A stretch of DNA of 26,976 nucleotides. Origin: Geosiphon pyriformis uo1. Its lineage: Eukaryota > Fungi > Glomeromycota. Shown piece after piece: positions 1 to 10,311 of the stretch (the first letter of the stretch is position 1; each line of letters opens with the position of its first letter). The DNA is taken from positions 2,311 through 29,286 of the forward strand of contig JAAOMT010000496.1 of assembly GCA_016748015.1 (NCBI GenBank), written 5' to 3'. The notes below the pieces were generated by a model, which was given only the letters and a program-made list of their open reading frames with translations, had not been told where the DNA came from and ran no database searches. Both the position numbers and the translations under genes were made by a program.

Positions 1-560
1 GTTTTGATTTGGTGTTGAATAATATCAGTTCTGCCAAATTTGTTTTCACTGGCAAAGATGTTATTGAAATTGTTGAGTAGCATCTTGAGTTGCATACGTT
101 GTAATGGGTTTAGATTTCCCAAGTTTATCTGTTCTAATTGTTCTGATTGGAACAGATAACATTCTTCTCATTCGTAGATTATTTGTGATGTGATATCTAC
201 ATATTCACACAGTTGTGGAAAGTCTGGAATGGTGTTTGGTAGTTGGTTTTCAATTTTGGTGGTCAAGTATCCAATAGTAGTTCTTTCTAATATCTCGATG
301 ATATCTTCCATGTTGTTGTAAATGGGGATTTTGATGTGGTTGTGGTTTTTGGCTAGTATGTGCAGATTGACTAATCCAATTCTTCCTGATTCACAAAGTG
401 TTGTTTCTGTCTCAAAAATCTGCACCATATCCTTTATTTTTCTCTCTATAACTACCATGTACTGGTCATATGATGGAATAAAAATTGGTTGATGGATGGA
501 GATAATTTCTCTCTTGTCAACAATTTTTTTTTCTGCCATATTAACTAGTACATTTATTCT

Positions 561-960
561 ACCCATTGATTTGAATCTTTGTATCTCTCTTGCTGTTATT
601 CTTAATTCTTTCCTGTTTCCTATTAATACTAATTAAGCTATTTTAACCAGAGGCAGGAATATTGCCTGTGCTATTTTTTCATTTGGATCTATAATATATG
701 CCTTTTCTAAGTTATTTTGTAGCATAACAATGATATTTTTTATGTATCCTACATCAATTATCTCTTCTCTGATGTTGATTTCTTTTTTCACTAAACTATT
801 CCTAGATACTAGTTGAACCATGGTTGTTGCTAAAATTTTTAGTGCTATTTTGAGATCAATGTAGGTGCATGAATGGGGTTCTAATTTGATGGGATCTTTT
901 CCCGAATATTTCAGATCAAACCCAATATTAGTATTATGCACATGTTCTTGCATAATACCT
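561..960 (-). pseudogene. dut: Degenerate dUTPase domain of element A
   Basis: Motif remnants IGFDL (I), SRNS (II), IIDVGY (III), KIAQAIF (IV) and REIQRFKSMG (V); an internal stop lies before motif V. Confidence 0.88.
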
Positions 961-1224
961 TTGTTGTTATTGCTGAACTATTTTAGTTCTTGCTCCTTGG
1001 TGAGGTCAAAAAATGCAATGTATTGTTTAGAGTTTAAATCAGAGTTTGAATTGCTATTATTTTTGTTGTCATATTGAGCAGAGCTAGAACTGGTATTTTT
1101 GTCATCATCATTGTCTAAGTTTAAATTGGAATTGAAAATTGATTCCAATTCTGATGCACAGCTGCTGATTAGTTCTTTCTCTTCTAGAATTGTGTAGATT
1201 ATGTGTGGTGGTAGATTGTAAATA

Positions 1225-1845
1225 AGGTTATACTTATTACAATATTGGAAGTTACATGAGATCAGACAGTGGTCACATAGTTTTGTGTTTATTTCTTTTA
1301 ATCATTGCTCTTGTTCCTCTCTAGTGAGTGCTAATTTTTAATAGTGTTTATGGAATTGTTCTGGGTCCAGGAGATTTAGAACTGGTTCTGAGTCTCAGTC
1401 AAGTTCTATGGACTCGGAAGGATTATTTTTAATTGTCTTTATTTCTTCTGGTGATATTTCTTCAATTTTGGCAAGAGCCATTTGCCAAATTTCATCATCA
1501 TTGTGTAGACATCTATCCAAGTGCTTGACTGCTCGTCTTTAAACAGTGTCTATGGGCATTTTTTTTTTACTTAGTTGCTTATGAGAATTGTGTACTAACA
1601 CAATTTGTCATATGTTTCTCCTCTCTCAGGAATGTCATTCCACATTCCTTCGTCAAGAAAAGTTTCTCCACAAGCCAAGCACAGCTTATTATCTCATTTT
1701 TTAATTTGTTTTGGTCTTCCAAAGCATTCAATGACACATGGGTGGCAATAAAATTTAGTTGCCATTAGGTATTTCTCATCATTACCACAGCATGCACTCA
1801 TTAATAACAATTTCTTGCCACAATTGATGCATATAAGCTTTGGTT
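1225..1845 (-). pseudogene. Cys-rich zinc-finger module of element A
   Basis: CINC...YCHPC, CLACG and CDHCLISCNFQYC match the module in B, C and D; contains stops. Confidence 0.75.
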
Positions 1846-2179
1846 GACAATAATGCAATTGTGGTAGTTAAAAGTAAGTATATGAAGTATATGTTGAAGT
1901 AGTGGCTGGTTCTGGTCCTTTCTTTTTTCTTTTTCCCTTCTCTTTCCAAGTTCAAATTAGTGATTGCTTGCTTTGATTATTACTGTCCCAATAACTTTGG
2001 TTGGTTTCCTTGGTAAGTTTTTCTTCTCTTTTTTCCTTTTTTTTGTCATCTCATAATAGTATTGGCAGTAGTTCGTTGTGTTCTATGTTGGCCCAAGAAA
2101 CTTGGTAGGCTTTCCAGATAGGTTTTCTTTCCTTCTTTTCAAACTCAATAAGTGGTGCTGATGTCATAGTGATAGGCTT

Positions 2180-2352
2180 GAAGTGGCCACACATGGCTGG
2201 TACACATATGTGTTGACTGTTTTGACTAATCTGGAGTTCTTGGGTGTTCTAATTAAGCATTGCATTGGTTTTGGACAGCCAGTTATTGCCAACAAGTGCT
2301 TGGTATTGGGTGGCTTCTATGACCAATATCTTAATTGGTACAATGATACTAT
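2180..2352 (-). pseudogene. C-terminal half of the aspartic protease of element A
   Basis: IIVPIKILVIEATQYQALVGNNWLSKTNAMLN...HMCVPAMCGHF, homologous to the protease C-terminus in ORF 11766..14465. Confidence 0.85.
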
Positions 2353-2430
2353 TATTACTCATAGAATATAGAAAATATAGTATTATTAGTTAGTAGATAT
2401 TAGCCAATCAGATGTAGACGTAGTAAATAT

Positions 2431-2598
2431 AGAATTCCAAGATTCCTCTCAAAGGAATTGCAGGATTCCAAAAATTTCAGGATTCTCCGACAAGGAATTA
2501 CAGGATTCCAGAATTCCAGAATTTCTCTTATCATGAATTGCAGGATTCCAGGAATTTCAGGATTCCTGTTACAAGGAATTGAGGAATTGAGGAATCTC
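2431..2598 (+). repeat. U3 tandem array of GGAATT(G/T/A)CAGGATTCC-like units in LTR B
   Basis: Several imperfect copies are visible directly upstream of TATATATA (2606-2613). Confidence 0.85.
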
Positions 2599-2605
2599 AA
2601 ATATG

Positions 2606-2613
2606 TATATATA
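2606..2613 (+). promoter_or_regulatory. Candidate TATA box of LTR B
   Basis: GTATATATAG directly after the U3 repeat array; the other two LTR families have the same arrangement. Confidence 0.5.
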
Positions 2614-2888
2614 GCAGTAGTATAAGAAGCAAAAAAAACAGAAGGAACACCAAAAATTCTTAGCTTAGTTACCACAATTCTCAAATAAATAATTATTCAC
2701 TATATCAAATTCATTCTTCACTATCAATACTTCATGTTGATAGTAACTGATACTTAACCATACTGGAACAATAACTCTTGATCACGGCTATTGATGAGAT
2801 ACTAACTTGCAAATCACCTTGGCTTATTTCTTATTTTCTCTTTTATCTTTCTTTATTTTCTTTGTTGTTTACTAATTTGATTAAAGGA

Positions 2889-3001
2889 TTTATTCTTGAA
2901 GGACTTATGGAGGAATAAAACTTACTTAAAAAATACTTACTCTTGGAGAACTTATGAAGGAATAAACTTGCTTAAACAATACTTACTTTTGAAGGACTTA
3001 C
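2889..3001 (+). repeat. ~46-bp tandem repeat (about 2.4 copies) in LTR B
   Basis: TTA(T/C)TCTTG(A/G)AG(G/A)ACTTATG(G/A)AGGAATAAA...CTTAAA units are repeated. Confidence 0.8.
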
Positions 3002-3265
3002 AGAGAAACTGATGTTAGGAAACAGCATTAGTATACACTTATGAAGAATATCATACCAAAAAAATCATCAACCATCAAGCTGAGCAAGCAATTGACAAAA
3101 CTACTAATAAACTGTTACTATTGAATCTCTGTCCATTATACAAAGAACTCAATTGGAAAACTTTCAGATAAAATACCTTCAGATTATCATCATCACCAAT
3201 TGCTTTGCACACCAAGTTACAGGTTTGTTATTCACTCGACACCCCAAAGAATCACCTGTAACATT

Positions 3266-3283
3266 TGGTGTTCCCTGTGAGAT
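3266..3283 (+). promoter_or_regulatory. Primer-binding site of element B (TGGTGTTCCCTGTGAGAT)
   Basis: TGG lies 2 nt after the LTR end ...AACA. The reverse complement has tRNA 3'-end form (T-stem CTCAC, 7-nt acceptor strand, A, CCA). Confidence 0.8.
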
Positions 3284-3325
3284 ATAATCTTACAGAGAAC
3301 TAGCACTAACAAGAACAAACTAAAA

Positions 3326-5578
3326 GTGGCAGAATCAAAAAATATAAGAGCAAACTATTTAGGATTTGTGAAATCCTTGTTTCAACAATACAGCCAACAA
3401 TTAAGATTAAACAGTAATCATTACCCAACCGAATCAGCTTTCAACTTCTATATCAACGACAAAATTACTGAATGCTTAGGAGGGACAGTTAACATTGAAG
3501 CAGCAAGAGAAAACTTTTACACAGAATTATTCCAACACACCAACTTACCAAGGAACTATAGTTTCACACCAATAATCAGAGAAATCAACCAAACTATTGA
3601 AAGGTACACTCAACAACAATTTCTTATCACCTACACAGATAAAGACAAAGAAAGGTTACAAACACCAGCAGTAACATCTAAAGAAATACAACTACTAACC
3701 TGGAAGAAACAAAGAATTGAATCCCCACCATATCCATCATATCATTACACATCCAGAAGCACTATCAATATTTCATCTACAGGTGTGTCTACACCAAACG
3801 CGACATCAACATTTGGGCAATTTCCATTCCAAAGTAAATAAAGGAAAGCAGAGTTATTAGGACCATACAGCAAATATTTCGAGAGATTTAAATCACAATT
3901 ACCAATGCTATCAGGAATTTAATCACTGCCACCTCTACCAGATTTTGGAATTCCTGATCTGTGGAAGGTAACGGAATCAGAAGAAGAAGAAGAAAAAGAA
4001 ACTGAGGATCAAGAATTCACTTACCAGAACCTGATCACTGAAAACCCGGAATTTGAAACCCCAAATCTTCAGAACCAGCAAAATTTAAATTCAGTAAATT
4101 CAGAAGTTGAAACTCCGAATATTCAGACACCGCCAACTCAAGATAATCGAAACCCCAATCTAATTAATCAACCAAACTTACTGGTAATCATTATTGATTA
4201 ACCACCAATTGATCCAATAGCCAAACTCATACAGCAGCCACTTCAATTACTATTTCAACAAAATCAACAACTGCTTCAACAGCCACCACAACTACTCAAC
4301 TTAGATCCAATGGCCTATGCATTAATTGTGAAACTGGATAATTTCACCGGCGAAAAGGACAATACTTAAGTATGGCTGAACAATGTGGAAAAAGCCATTG
4401 TAGTCAACGGATGGAATGATGCCCAAGCAATGCAAACCATTTTCTATTTTCTCAAAGATACTGCCAATTTATGGTATCAGAGCTTGATCAATAAACCACA
4501 AGACTTCAATGCCTTCAAAGTGAAATTTTTAAGATACTTCAGCAACAATAACAGTATCAACTGCCTAGTCAATACATTTACCACCATGAAACAAGGAGAA
4601 ACTGAAGCAGTCACCATTTACCTGGGATGCTTCCATAGAAATCTACACCAGATCCAGACAATTGACGCCGACTATTTCATAGCACCACAGATTCTCAACC
4701 AGTTTATCCATGGTCTGTACAGCAGCATCTTGTAACATGTATGCTTATTGCATCCAAGCATTCTTCAAGATGCAGTCACACACGCTAGAGATTTTGAATC
4801 AGCTGAGTCCGAGGCCAACCATGCCCAAGCCATTAATCTAGTAATAAATGGATCATCTGAATTGAACTCCAAATTGAAACAATTCAGTGATTCAATTAAT
4901 CAGAAATTAGAAAAATACTTAGCTAACAATCGTGCAATTTATCAACCACCTCAACAATGCAGCAATTCAGAAAACTACAATTGTTCCCAAAATCAAGTGT
5001 GTCTCTCAACATCAGCCAATCAGCAGTGGCAGCCAGAGACACATGTCTGCCACAACTGTGATAAACAAGAGCACATCAAAGCAAACTGCAATGCTTATAA
5101 CCACCAGCAATCGGGAAATCAATATAAAAACCCTGATTGCCAATTTCAAACTCCGAGATATCAACAAAATTAGGAACAATATCAAAACACTTACTTACCA
5201 ATGACACAGCAGCCAATTTACCAAGCACCAGTATATTAGACTCCAGTTTATCAACCACAGCCACCAGCAATATATCAATTGCAACCACCTGTAATATATC
5301 AACTACAGCCACAAGTAATCTATCAACCCCAATCAATTCAAACACCATCCCAAAATTCAGTTAATATGACATTAAGCCACTACAGACTTAGAAACACACA
5401 AAACTGGAGATTGGCGATGGTTGTCCACCAACTGATCCCTAGTTCTTCCAACTTACCATCAGGATTGCATTCTCGAAATTTGGGTAACAGTGCTACCCAA
5501 AACCCAAATTCCCAGAACTATTTAAGTCTTCTAGTTACCCCAGAAGATGCCACTACCAACAATTTGGGACCCAACTAA
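3326..5578 (+). pseudogene. gag: gag of element B (N-domain, capsid, CCHC knuckle, Q/P/Y-rich tract), broken by stops
   Basis: ORFs 3326..3841, 4385..4735 (FLKDTANLWYQ, capsid-like), 4748..5173 (CHNCDKQEHIKANC knuckle) and 5279..5578. Confidence 0.9.
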
Positions 5579-5629
5579 CAACAAGCACTTACCAACAACA
5601 TTCCACCAGCAACTGTTACCAATGACAAA

Positions 5630-6100
5630 TTGCTTGTGGCCATCTTTCCCTTTAACTTGGAAGAAATGATTGAAATTCCGTTATTCAGTAAAGCAGTTCT
5701 GGAAGAGAAGCCAATCACCACCATGTATATGGATGCCAAAATCGATGGCCATGCTATCAAACTAATCTTGGATAATGGATCAGCTGGCAGCATCATAACA
5801 AGACAACTCATGAATCAATTAGGTTGCCGAGTTGACCAAGCTGTTAGTGCAAGAATCATTACAGCTGATAGAGCGATCAAAACTCCAATAAGCAAAATAG
5901 ACAACCTATCTATCAAAATTAACAGCATTATGGTACTCATCAAAGTTTTTGTGATGGAAGCCACTCAGTACCAAGCTCTTGTTGGAAATGATTGGCTATT
6001 CAAAACAAATACCATACTCGATTGGATGACATAAGAGCTCCAACTAAGCCAAAACAGTCAACATACTCGAGCACCAGCAGTATGTGGTCACTTTAAACCA
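5630..6100 (+). pseudogene. Aspartic protease of element B
   Basis: LILDNGSAGSII (D-S-G motif decayed to D-N-G) and ALVGNDWL. Confidence 0.9.
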
Positions 6101-6452
6101 ACCAACTCACAACCACTAATCAAACTTGAGGAGGAAACAAAAAAACCAACCTGAGAAGCATATCAGGTTTTGTGGACTGACATCGATCACAATAAACTGC
6201 TGTTCATATTTGCCTGGAATGAAGACGACCATAAAAAAGGAAAGCAAAAAGAAGAACATATCTGGGAAACCATCATTGGCACTTGGATTGATAACAACCA
6301 AAATGACTTGCCACCTACACTAAGTTGGGAAGAAAAAAAAAAGGGAAAAGAAAGAAAAGACAATCTACCAGAGGAAACTGAATTAACAAAAGACACCACC
6401 AGTGACTAAACAAGTTTATACTCCATCCATGAGCCACTGCCACAACCACTAC

Positions 6453-6456
6453 ACAT
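6453..6456. repeat. Left target-site duplication (ACAT) of element C; partner at 15949-15952
   Basis: ACAT flanks both outer LTR ends, and excision restores B's reading frame. Confidence 0.92.
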
Positions 6457-7324
6457 TGTTACGGGATGGTTTTCTTGTTATATTTAATTGTTGATATCCT
6501 GCTTTAATTGCAATCAGTCTTTCGTGAGTTTCTCAATTCTATTTGTGTAATAATATCACTGTTACACTGAAGGCTTTTTTTTTACTGTTGTGATGTAAGT
6601 TATTCTTTAATTCTTGATTGTTGTGTGTGTTTATGTACTCCTTCTCAGAGGCTGAACTGAAATCTACCCACTGTCTGGAGTCTTCTCTGAAGCTATCCTT
6701 GCAATTGCCTGATGTGTTTCTCTAATCTAGAAATACAGAATGTTAATGATCTTTAGCACTTTTCTAATTCTTATAATAAAGCTTTTATCAATTAGTAACA
6801 ACGTGAATAATCTTGATCAAGGATTATTCTTCCAAGGGATTCAGTTGATGAATGATAGTTTCATTCAATAAATAATACAAATAAGTTTCTTAATACTTTG
6901 GGTTGTGATAGTTCTGTTTTAAATATTCTTTTTCATTTCTTTTTGATTTTTAAAGGTTTCTTGGGATATTTAATTTGAAAGTATGATTTAAAGTGGAGTT
7001 TGTTGGATAAAATTGGATCTGTTGCTTGATAAGTTATGATTTTTTATTACTTGATTGATTATTTCCCAATATTAAAACTACTGTATATATACATGTTTGT
7101 AGTTCTACGAGAAAATACTTTCTTTTTGATATTTCAACCTGGTGTTTGCTGCTATCACCAGTTGGTGTTGGCTGCTATTGTGAACTGGTGCTTGCCACTA
7201 TCGCGAGATGGTGTTTGCTACTATGTTAATCATTATCTTTCTAAGATTATTACTGTGCTATATTATGATTGAATAGTTTGTATTATTTTTATGATTTTTT
7301 TTGCTAAATTCTTAAACTGTAACA
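6457..7324 (-). repeat. 3' LTR of element C (868 bp)
   Basis: Direct repeat of 15079-15948, adjacent to the PPT. Contains 4 copies of a 23-bp repeat (7141-7225) and TATATATA (7084-7091). Confidence 0.96.
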
Positions 7325-7339
7325 TTATCCCCTCCTTTC
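7325..7339 (-). promoter_or_regulatory. Polypurine tract of element C
   Basis: Minus strand reads GAAAGGAGGGGATAA immediately before the TGTTAC of the 3' LTR. Confidence 0.9.
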
Positions 7340-8006
7340 AAGATTGAGCTCTGTCGAAATCAAAGTTAATTTCTTCATTAAATTTTAAGTTACTATAGTG
7401 GTTCAATACTGTGTTATTAATTTGTTGTTGTAATTCTTGAAATTGCGAGTTGGTAAGTTGTCCAATACTATTGGTTGTTATTATGTTCATGGTTGGGTCC
7501 AACAATAATTTGTGACAGTTTTCAAATGCTTTGAAAATTCTGTAAACTGTTTTTGAATGGAATGTAGTGTTGGTTTTTCCAATGAAAGGTTCTAATAGTT
7601 GGATAGTTGTTTTGTCAAACACTCTAGTTGAGTCTTTTGAGTATAATGTTTGTATGTTCAAGTGCTTTCCTAGTTGATAATAACAGTAATTAATTGGAAA
7701 TTTCATTTTCAAGTTGCTAAATGTGTCTGGTGTTAATTCACTTATTTCTATTTCTTCTATTATTAATGTATTGCCCAATGCTATCTCTAATTTTTTAATA
7801 ACTTTGCTAATAAATTTGTTGTTATATTTGGCAATATTATATGGTTCAAAATTATGTTCTTTTCTTGTTTTTGGATTTTCTATTGTTCTTTTTATGTATG
7901 TTATTTTGGAGCTATTAACTGTGATTTCTAGATCGGATTTTAATTGTTGTAAGCTTTCAACTAATTGTTGAGTTATATTGTTGATGTTTTCTGGAATAAG
8001 TATCAT
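7338..8006 (-). CDS. Intact 222-aa ORF of unknown function at the env position of element C
   Basis: Long ATG-initiated ORF in AT-rich DNA, same sense as pol, between integrase and PPT; its TGA overlaps the PPT. Confidence 0.75.
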   Translation of the reverse strand: MILIPENINNITQQLVESLQQLKSDLEITVNSSKITYIKRTIENPKTRKEHNFEPYNIAKYNNKFISKVIKKLEIALGNTLIIEEIEISELTPDTFSNLKMKFPINYCYYQLGKHLNIQTLYSKDSTRVFDKTTIQLLEPFIGKTNTTFHSKTVYRIFKAFENCHKLLLDPTMNIITTNSIGQLTNSQFQELQQQINNTVLNHYSNLKFNEEINFDFDRAQS

Positions 8007-8090
8007 TGTTTTAATTTTGACTGTTATTTTGGAATCTTTTGCATGCGTTTTTATGGTTGTTAAATCATTTTTGCTGTGATCTAAAATTAA

Positions 8091-9067
8091 TTATCTTTTC
8101 GAATACTGTTCAATTAAAACTATTGGTTCTAAATCTCGTGGAATTTGTTCTGGTAGAATTAATGGTAATTGTGTTCCAATTCTGGGTGTTTTTGTTGTTA
8201 TTACTGGTTTACTGTAATAGAATTTCAGCCGGTTACCATGTGCTGCTTTTCTTAATATTTTATCATCTAGTCTTAGCTTGTATGCTCCATTTCCAAGTAT
8301 TTCGTGAATATAAAATGATCCATCCCACTTGTGATCAAATTTTCCACTCCACTGTTTTTTCATTTTTGTATGATGCAACAATACTTTATCTCCAATTTTG
8401 TAGCTAATTATATTATCTGGTAACTGGTTATCATGTCTCACTTTTTGTTGTTTTTGTGATTGTTCAATATTTGTGCTGCTTTTTTTCTTTTGTTTTCTAA
8501 AGTTCCCATTAATTCGTATGTTCTTCTAAGTAGTGTTTCCTGGAATGTTGCTTCTGTGATAGTGTTACTTAGATAAGTTGGGATAGTAAGTTCAATGGGT
8601 AATGTGGCTTTTCTTTCATAAACTAGTTCAAATGGTGTGAATTGTGTAGTATCTTGTTTTACTGTTCTATATGTTAGTAGTACTGCTGATATGAACAAAT
8701 CCCATTCTTTTTCATGTTCATTACTAATTTTCACCAGTGATTTGCATAATGTGTGATTAAATCTTTCAACTAATCCATTTGTTTGAGGGTGGTATGGTGA
8801 TGACAGTGGTTGCTTGATTCCAAATTTTTGGCTAAGTTCTTTTAAGGTGCTGTTTATGAAGTGTGTGTCTTGATCTGATAGCAATTCTTGTGGACATCCA
8901 TGTCGGCAAATTAAGTCTTCATGTACGAATTGAGCTATGGAAATAGCATCAGCTGTTTTAATAGCTCTAGTTTCTGGCCATTTGGTGAGATAGTCCATGG
9001 CTACTGCAATATAACGGTTGTTTCTTGTTGTTATTGGTAAGAGTCCAACTAAATCAATTCCGATTCT
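8091..9067 (-). pseudogene. Integrase of element C: DDE core plus GPY/F SH3-like C-terminus, one frameshift near 8440-8470
   Basis: RIGIDL...MDYLTKWPE...SDQDTHF...YHPQTNGLVERFN, then YKIGDKVLL...KWDGSFYIHEILGNGAYKL...HGNRLK. No chromodomain seen. Confidence 0.93.
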
Positions 9068-9087
9068 NNNNNNNNNNNNNNNNNNNN

Positions 9088-9612
9088 AATGAATTTCTTG
9101 TTGAAATTCGGATAGATCATTATTGGTGATTCAATGAGCTTTTGTCTAAGGTACTCAAAAGCTTTTTGTTGTGCTTCAGTCCATTCAAACTTCACATTTT
9201 TAGATAGTAGGTAATTAAGGGGTTTGGCGATGTTTGAAAAGTTTTCTACAAAGTGGCGGTAGTAAGATGCGAGTCCTAAAAAGCTTCTAACTTCTGAAAT
9301 GTTTCGAGGTACTGGAAAATTTTTCACTTTGTCTATTTTTGATGGATCTGGTTTTATTCCATCTTTTCCAACTATGTGTCCTAAAAATACTAGCTCATTT
9401 TTCCCAAAGAACCATTTTTCTAGATTTAGTTTAAGTCCAGCGTGTTTCAATCTCTCAAAAACTTGTTGTAAATGTTGGAGATGATCCGTGAATTTTGACG
9501 AGAAAACATTTGTATCATCCAAGTAGACAACAACGGATTGCCACAGGATTCCAGAGTAAATTATGTTCATTAGTCTTTGGAATGTCACGGGAGCGTTTGT
9601 CAATCCAAATAG
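9088..9612 (-). CDS. pol: Reverse transcriptase (palm/thumb) segment of element C, in a misassembled contig
   Basis: FGLTNAPVTFQRLM...VVVYLDDTNVFS...FLGHIV...RSFLGLASYYR. Confidence 0.93.
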
Positions 9613-9631
9613 CTGTCTCTTATACACATCT
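9613..9631 (+). other. Tn5 mosaic end / Nextera adapter (library artefact)
   Basis: Exact 19-mer CTGTCTCTTATACACATCT joining out-of-order pol segments between two 20-N gaps. Confidence 0.97.
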
Positions 9632-9710
9632 GCTCTTTTACTGGTATTTCTTTGTCTATTTGTAGTGTTTCTAAGTATTGGCTGAGGTTTTTGTAAAGGT
9701 GGTTGTTCAT
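9632..9710 (-). CDS. N-terminus of the separate integrase ORF of element C (MNNHLYKNLSQYLETLQ...), cut by the adapter
   Basis: ATG at 9710-9708. Resembles MNIQKYQQLQHYINTQQ at 20153, which leads into the HHCC domain. Confidence 0.7.
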
Positions 9711-9739
9711 TGTTGTTGTGGTGGGTGGGTTGGTGATTT

Positions 9740-10291
9740 TTATGTGTGTCTCATTCTTGACAAACAGTCGGCATTAGCATTTTTGGTACCTTCATTGTAT
9801 TTGATAATATAATCGTATGGTGCTAACGTTTGTAACCATCTGGTGTATTTTCCTTTTAGCGCTTTCTTGTTATTTAACCAGACCAGACCTCTATGATCTG
9901 TCGTAATCTCAAAGGGTTGGTATCATAAATATGTGCCAAAGTGAACACAACTCCAAACTACTGCTAAGCATTCAAGTTCATGTGCTGCGTAGTTTTGTTC
10001 TGCCGTACTGACACTTCTGCTGGCATAAGCGATTACACGTTCTCTTCCATTATCATCTTTTTGTGACAGAATGGCTCCAAGTCCAGTTCCAGAGGCATCT
10101 GTGGCCAAAATGAATTTCTTGTTGAAATTCGGATAGATCATTATTGGTGATTCAATGAGCTTTTGTCTAAGGTACTCAAAAGCTTTTTGTTGTGCTTCAG
10201 TCCATTCAAACTTCACATTTTTAGATAGTAGGTAATTAAGGGGTTTGGCGATGTTTGAAAAGTTTTCTACAAAGTGGCGGTAGTAAGATGC
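9740..10291 (-). pseudogene. pol: RT connection and RNase H of element C, ending at TAA 9742-9740
   Basis: FILATDASGTGLGAILSQ...IAYASR...NYAAHELECLAVVW...ITTDHRGL...NADCLSRMRHT*; one internal stop at 9923. Confidence 0.9.
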
Positions 10292-10311
10292 NNNNNNNNN
10301 NNNNNNNNNNN

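Larger units (their letters stand above)
1..2352 (-). mobile_element. Element A: decayed Ty3/gypsy fragment (protease C-half, Cys-rich module, dUTPase, linker, start of RT), interrupted by element B
   Basis: Minus-strand translation is colinear with elements B and D: NSIIVPIKILVIEATQYQALVGNNWL (protease), PKLICINCGKKL, dUTPase ORF 633..953, ORF 168..566, and DIFASENKFGRTDIIQHQI at the window edge. Many stops. Confidence 0.92.
2353..3263 (+). repeat. 5' LTR of element B (~911 bp)
   Basis: Starts TATTAC (presumed decayed TGTTAC) exactly where element A's protease stops. Ends TGTAACA, followed by TT and a TGG-starting PBS. Internal tandem repeats and a TATA box. No partner LTR in the window. 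Confidence 0.8.

Noticed and set aside
2431-2598. Short repeats with variable spacers, superficially CRISPR-like (also 7141-7225 and 18264-18380)
   Set aside because: The units are degenerate, spacers are very short or absent, they lie inside LTRs, and no cas genes are present in this eukaryotic context.
2400-2684. 94-aa minus-strand ORF in LTR B
   Set aside because: Translation of the U3 tandem repeat from a non-ATG start.
7036-7272. 78-aa hydrophobic ORF present twice (also 15659..15895)
   Set aside because: It is duplicated only because it lies in the LTRs. It is antisense across the TATA and 23-bp repeats, and its hydrophobicity follows from T-rich DNA.
8039-8407. Hydrophobic antisense ORFs (also 7714..7971, 13056..13532, 20950..21294) as membrane or Env proteins
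   Set aside because: These are shadow frames of A-rich retroelement coding strands with no independent support.
9613-9631. Natural Tn5/IS50 insertion or horizontal transfer
   Set aside because: It is the synthetic mosaic end, with no transposase or 9-bp TSD, at a chimeric junction between gaps.
9088-10291. Apparent internal duplication and RH-before-RT domain order
   Set aside because: Explained by circular permutation around the adapter; the 183-bp copies are identical and abut N gaps.
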